Positions 57,828 through 64,000 of a stretch of DNA of 64,000 nt are shown here, piece after piece. Source of the DNA: Eledone cirrhosa (Eukaryota); contig OZ024742.1 of the NCBI GenBank assembly GCA_964016885.1, forward strand, positions 189,286,001 to 189,350,000, in the 5' to 3' direction. A model generated the notes under the pieces. The model saw only the letters and a program-made list of their open reading frames with translations. It searched no databases and had not been told where the DNA came from. Position 1 is the first letter of the stretch, and each line of letters begins with the position of its first letter. Made by a program: the position numbers and the translations under genes.

Positions 57828-58144
57828 CAATAAAAACATTCATGTGAAACTGCATGCTCTTCTATATAAATACACACATACACACACACAGATATATATA
57901 TATTATATATATTATATATATATAATATATATATATATATATGTGTGTGTATGTATGTGTGTATTTATATAGAAGAGCATGCTGTTATTGAAAAAAAGGG
58001 AAAGGGGAAAATAAGGAAAGGACTATAAACGAGAAGAAAAGGGGGAAGAGCAAGGGCTATTAGGCCACGGAAGAAAGAAAGGGCAATGGGAGAGGGTGAC
58101 AGGCTCCACGCCTAGGTCGTGGCTCTGTTTCAGATGTATATATG

Positions 58145-58182
<38 letters not shown>

Positions 58183-58290
58183 GTAATAATAATAAAATTG
58201 AAGACTAAAATCCAAAGAGGGCTCGATAAGTTAAGGGTGAAAGCAGCGATTCTTTGCTTAAACTTTAATCTGTTATTTTAATAAATATAT

Positions 58291-58797
58291 ATACAACAAG
58301 CAAATATTTTTATAACTGATAAAAAGCACCCAACAAGTATTTGGAGTAAACATACGATATTAACAAATGGAAACTATATTTATAAAACCATATTTATTTT
58401 ATTATACATATTTCAAGGACTCCACGTTAAATTATGGTGTGCTTTCATCAGACAAAATATAATATAGATCAGTTTTATAAATAAATATTGACATACCATT
58501 AAAAAATGCAACCATTACTGTTGGAAGCTGTTGGAAGCTTTCAACAGTAATGGTTGCATTTTTTAAGGGTATGTCAATATTTATTTATAAAACTGATCTA
58601 TATTATATTTTGTCTGATGAAAGCACACCATAATTTAACGTGGTGTCCTTGAAATATGTATAATAAAATAAATATGGTTTTATAAATATAGTTTCCATTT
58701 GTTAATATCGTATGTTTACTCCAAATACGTGTTGGGTGCTTTTTATCAGTTATAAAAATATTTGCTTGTTGTATCCCAACAATTTAAATAGAACTTT

Positions 58798-58800
<3 letters not shown>
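58291..58800 (+). mobile_element. PLE-like hairpin element with hammerheads (arms 58291-58528 / 58537-58774)
   Basis: ~238-bp near-perfect inverted arms, short residual tail, TA flanks. Same family as 16389-16801. Confidence 0.88.
58607..58669 (+). ncRNA. Type I hammerhead ribozyme (mirror in left arm)
   Basis: attttgt-CTGATGA-aagcacacca-taatttaacg-tggtgtcctt-GAAA-tatgta-TA-ataaaat. Confidence 0.8.
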
Positions 58801-58856
<56 letters not shown>

Positions 58857-58860
<4 letters not shown>

Positions 58861-59433
58861 AAGTTAATATGCCCACAGGTACTAAGTACCCCTGGAAATA
58901 TATAGGGTGTCTATGATACAAGGGTTGTTCTATAGTATTAATTTGACATACCAGAACTATAATATTGAGATAAGCAGAACAAGCAAGATTTAAACAATTT
59001 TTTAAAATAAATTAAAAAATATAATTTAAATATTTACCTATTCCAATTGCTTTTACCGATCGGTTTCACTTCACAAAAGATTAGAGATCCCTAGGGACCT
59101 CCAATGGAAAAGTTTAGATCATCAGAAAGCATTTTCCTTTCCTAGGACTAAAAGTCCCAGGAACGGCAAAATATATTGCCATCTGCCAGCTAGCACAGGA
59201 TCGAATGGGGCCGAAAATTTGACCTATGCATGAACCAGTCCGAAGTAGAAGCGGAAGTAAACATAGACGTATTGTCTACCTCACCACTAAAAATAGCAGC
59301 TCAATAGAACAACAGATTTGTTCTCTACATAACGGAGAATATTAAAAGAAGTTAATATGCCCACAGGTACTAAGTACCCCTGGAAATATATATTTTAAAA
59401 AATTGTTTAAATCTTGCTTGTTCTGCTTATCTC

Positions 59434-59442
<9 letters not shown>
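58857..59442 (-). mobile_element. Retrozyme-like non-autonomous PLE: 488-bp unit with terminal redundancy and short inverted arm
   Basis: 58857-58904 is repeated exactly at 59345-59392. 58959-59008 is inverted at 59393-59442. No ORF, one hammerhead, (TA)n flanks. Confidence 0.75.
59048..59131 (-). ncRNA. Type I hammerhead ribozyme with ~50-nt domain II
   Basis: Minus strand: tgcttt-CTGATGA-(~51 nt including hairpin attggaggtccc-ta-gggatctctaat)-GAAAC-cgatcg-GTA-aaagca. Confidence 0.82.
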
Positions 59443-59481
<39 letters not shown>

Positions 59482-59615
59482 GTATATATATATAAGAAAG
59501 TGATTGAAATATATTCATACGCAGTTAAGTGTACAGTAAGACATATCTTGAGGTGTTTTTAGAGACAAGACATGTGTTTGATTTTGTACCCTTTACTTTG
59601 AAAGTAATAATAATG

Positions 59616-59710
<95 letters not shown>

Positions 59711-60049
59711 CATGTGTATGTGTGTGTATGCATGCATGTGTGTGTGTGTGTGTGTGTATGTTTGTATTAAAAGGGTATTGACCGAAGAAAAGGATTAACG
59801 TATAACATGAAATCGATATTGATGGTGATGATGAAACCTGACAATATCAACAACAATAACGATTTCTCACATTGAGGGAAAACATTTGAATGGCTGACCT
59901 TGACATGGGAGATCGTGGCCACCACCAGGTGGGGTGCGAAGTGCATTAACAATAACTGGGTTGGTCTTAGCAATAGCGGTGTTGCTATGAACACTGATGG
60001 CTATTGCTATTGTTGTTGGATGTTTCGTTGTGTGTATGATACTAATGCA

Positions 60050-60490
60050 TGTGGCGAATTGGCAGAGTCGATAGAGCGTCGGATACAAAGATTTATGGTA
60101 TTTGTTCCGGTTCTCTGCTCTCTGATTTCAAATCTCACCGAGGTAAACTTTGCCTTTCATCCTTTCGAGATCGATAAAATAAAGTACCAGTCTAGTACTG
60201 GGTTCGATTCTTCCTCTTTCCGGAAGAAATCTGTTGTACTCAGGCCTGGAGAGGGATGGGGGTTCATTAGGGTTTAAATGCCCAAGATACGCCGTATCTC
60301 AACACGGCGCTCCTACGATTCTATGAGGAGTTACGGGACCGTACATTCATACATGATACCAATAGCAATACGCTTTTTTTCTCTTTTACCTGTTCCAGCC
60401 ACCCGGCTGTAGCCATATTGGGGTACCACCCTTGTTGCTTCACTTTCTATATCCAACCTGCGTTGGCTGGCCATTGATGTGGTAGGTTAT
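60050..60490 (+). mobile_element. Long-tailed Meta-like SINE
   Basis: Head and core, followed by an ~280-nt extension that is shared with 60729-61153(-) and partly with 15140-15455(-) and 63165-63295. Confidence 0.75.
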
Positions 60491-60728
60491 CTTCATACTT
60501 TGCTGTGGGTTCATCTGGGATCTTGGATGTGTTAAGATGTTTCTTGAAAACATCTACATCCACATCCTGTTGATGTAGATGTTTGTTACAATGGTTTCTG
60601 ATTTAGGCACAGGGCCAACAAATTTTTTTGGGGGGTGGGGGGGTGGGGGGAAGTCGATTAAATCGACCTTAGTATGTTACTGCTACTTTATTTTATCGAC
60701 ACTGTAACCTAAGGGTAGCAGCAACGAA

Positions 60729-61153
60729 CTCCCTTCTACATCAATGGTCAGACAAAGCAGGATGGGTATAGAAAAGGAAGAAACAAGGGTGGTGCCCCAG
60801 CATGGCCTCAGCCGGATGGCTGGAACAGGTAAAAGAGAAAAAAAAAGCGTATTGCTATTGGTATTATGTATGTATGTATGGGCCCGTAACACCTGGTAGA
60901 GTCATAGGAGCGCCGTATTGACATACGGTGGTTGCTGGGCATTTTAAGTCAGGCGAAGCCTATCCCTCTCGTGGCCTGAGTACAGCAGATTTCTTCTAGA
61001 GAGAGGAAGAATCGACCCCAGTACTAGACTAATACTTTATTTTATCGACCTCGAAAGTTAACCTCGGCGAGATTTGAACTCAGAACGTAAAGGGCCGTAA
61101 CTATATGCCACAAAGCATGCTGTCCGACGCTCTACCGATTACTGCTAATCCAC
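60729..61153 (-). mobile_element. Long-tailed Meta-like SINE, inverted relative to 60050-60490
   Basis: Reverse-complement match over ~420 nt. Confidence 0.75.
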
Positions 61154-61399
61154 AATCATTGTTTGTTATAATGTAGTGATGACGATGACATTGTAGTGAT
61201 GATGATGATATTATAGTAAAGGTGATGATGATGTGATGACGATAATGTAGTGATGGTGATGATAATGTGGTGTTGACGGCGATATTGTTGTAATGGCGAC
61301 AATACAGATGTGATGACGGTGATAATGTAATGAACACGATGATAATGTTGTGATTACGATGATATTGTAATGATCAAAACGATAATGTTGTTATGACAA

Positions 61400-61577
61400 T
61401 AATTGTTTCTACTTTATGCACAAGGCCAGCAATTACCCAGTGCATTACTGGTACTTTATTTTATCGACCCCCTAAGGATGAAAGGCAAAGTTAACCTCGG
61501 CGGGATTTGAAATCATATCGTAAAGGGACGTAACTATGCTGGAAAGCATGGCGTCCGACCCTCTACTAATACTGCCG
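61400..61577 (-). mobile_element. Meta-like SINE
   Basis: Close match to 19903-20085. Confidence 0.85.
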
Positions 61578-62432
61578 TGATTGCAATGATATTGTGAACG
61601 CATTGATAATATGATCGCAATGATAATGTTGTGATCGTAATGATATTGTTGTAATGATAATGATATTGTTGTAATGACAATGATAATGTTGTAATGACAA
61701 TGATAATGTGATCGCAATGACAATGTTGTGATCGCAATGATAATGTTGTGAACGCATTGATAATATGATCGCAATTATAATGTTGTAATGACAATGATAA
61801 TGTTGTGATGACAATGATAATGTTGTGATCGTAATGACAATGTTGTGATCGCAATGATAATGTTGTAACGACAATGATAATGTTGTAATGACAATGACAA
61901 TGTTGTGATCGCAATGACAACGTTGTGATAACAATGATAATGTTGTGATCGCAATGATAATGTTGTGATCGCAATGATAATGTTGTGATCGCAATGATAA
62001 TGTTGTAATGACAATGATAATGTTGTAATGACAATGATAATGTGATCGCAATGACAATGTTGTAATGACAATGATAATGTTGTAATGACAATGATAATGT
62101 TGTGATCGCAATGATAATGTTGTGATCGCAATGACAATGTTGTGATCGCAATGATAATGTTGTGATCGCAATGATAATGTTGTAATGACAATGATAACGT
62201 TGTGATCGCAATGATAATGTTGTGATCGCAATGATAATGTTGTGATCGCAATGATAATGTTGTGATCGCAATGATAATGTTGTAATGACAATGATAATGT
62301 TGTGATCGCAATGATAATGTTGTAATGACAATGATAATGTTGTGATCGCAATGATAATGTTGTAATGACAATGATAATGTTGTGATCGCAATGATAATGT
62401 GATCGCAATGACAATGATGTAATGACAATGAT
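61578..62432. repeat. 20-bp minisatellite
   Basis: Units atgataatgttgtgatcgca / atgataatgttgtaatgaca. Confidence 0.97.
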
Positions 62433-62564
62433 ATTTATGTGTTGATATTGATTACATTAATGATGATAATAAATCAATGATAATGTCGACTTTTTGTTGC
62501 TAATGGTTTATAGCTATAACTAATCGTTGAATTGGCAGGTCCTATAGAATGCTTTGCAGTATAC

Positions 62565-62900
62565 GTGAAGGCGCAGGGCTTAGTGGTTAGAGAATTGGGC
62601 TTGCAATTAAGAGGTTGTGAGTTCGATTTTCGGACCGGATGATGCATTGTCTCCTTGAGCAAGACACTTTATTTCACGTTGCTCCAGTTTACTCAGCTGT
62701 AGAAATGAGTTGGGATATCACTGGTGCCAAGCAGTATCGGTCATTGCCTTTCCCTTGTACATTATCGGTGTCGTGGGAGAGAGGAGACTGGTATGCATGG
62801 GCGATTACTGGTCTTCCTCAAAATAAACCTTCCTCAGGCTTGTGCCGCGGAGGGAAACTTTCTAAGTGCAAAACCATGGTCATTCATGACCGAGTGGGAC
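62565..62900 (+). mobile_element. CORE-type SINE, full length
   Basis: tRNA head, CORE-like domain and a distinct 3' tail ending ccatggtcattcatgaccgagtggg. Confidence 0.8.
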
Positions 62901-63056
62901 CTTAAGATATGTTCCAGCGTTCTGTCCTCTCTGGATTCGAATCCTGCCACCGACATCATCTTTGATTTTCATCATCTCAAGGTTGAAAAATATACCAGTT
63001 CACTACTGGTGCCTATTCTTTATCTATATCTTTTTCTCACTCCTTCTGTATCACAC

Positions 63057-63143
<87 letters not shown>

Positions 63144-63343
63144 CGCTCTCACTCTCTCTCTCTCTTGAAGAATTCAGCAGTGTTCACACATGGAGCAGAT
63201 GGCCTCCACCACGTTAAAAGTGCCCAAGACACGCCCTAGCCCTACCACGAGGGTGTCCTATGATTCCTTGAGGAGTTACGGGTCCATGCATATATACAAC
63301 CAGACCATATATTACTAGTAGTAGATGCAGCGTGGGTGAATGG

Positions 63344-63614
<271 letters not shown>

Positions 63615-63640
63615 GAACACTGGATTAATCCCTTTACTTC

Positions 63641-63675
63641 CCTCCGAAGAAGAGATATTGTCTCGAAAATTAAGG
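63641..63675 (+). ncRNA. Minimal hammerhead-like motif with CCGAAGA core
   Basis: cct-CCGAAGA-a-gagat-att-gtctc-GAAA-at-TA-agg, in a TA-flanked insert (63611-63787). Confidence 0.55.
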
Positions 63676-63783
63676 ATATTCAAATAAATTTAAGGTAAAA
63701 GACTAATTGTCAACAATATCTTTTGCATTTGTATTTATATTCTATATCCATACCTGCATTGTCTTGGCCTTCCAACTCCAAAC

Positions 63784-63813
<30 letters not shown>

Positions 63814-63817
<4 letters not shown>

Positions 63818-63965
63818 TTAATATAGATGAGATTCTACAGGACTAGAACTGTTTCATGAAACAGTTCTAGTCCTGTAGAATCTCATCTATATTAAAACTG
63901 TTATACTCTGCTATGTATTGAGTACCTTACTTACTGTGGTTACCTCCGATTCAACCCGGAATAAC

Positions 63966-63966
<1 letters not shown>
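63814..63966 (+). mobile_element. PLE-like perfect palindrome (43-bp arms, no spacer) + tail
   Basis: 63814-63856 is the exact reverse complement of 63857-63899. Tail is 63900-63966, flanks are (TA)n. Confidence 0.88.

Positions 63967-64000
<34 letters not shown>

Overview
Eukaryotic, AT-rich, extremely microsatellite-dense non-coding DNA. The SINE types and (TA)n/(CA)n/(GA)n load suggest an octopod cephalopod intron or intergenic region (inference). I found no credible host protein-coding gene; almost every ORF in the track is a translated microsatellite. The recognisable content is mobile DNA: about 25 tRNA-derived SINEs of two or three families, two non-autonomous Helitrons, MITEs, 3' fragments of RTE, Tx1/L1 and probably CR1/RTEX LINEs, and several minisatellites. 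The main signal is a dense community of short Penelope-like (PLE) insertions sitting inside (TA)n arrays. Many have the layout [inverted arm]-[direct arm]-[3' tail], and about 20 loci carry type I hammerhead ribozyme cores. One copy (31906-33101) keeps a GIY-YIG endonuclease C-terminus of Naiad-like type. Within this community I see a recurring CCGAAGA core variant, hammerheads with 35-60 nt domain II, a shared TGAGTRC(Y) motif about 40-60 nt from the 3' ends of unrelated tails, a 488-bp more-than-unit-length retrozyme-like element, and an 8-copy hairpin family with a non-hammerhead structured motif. Coordinates were read by eye and may be off by a few bases.
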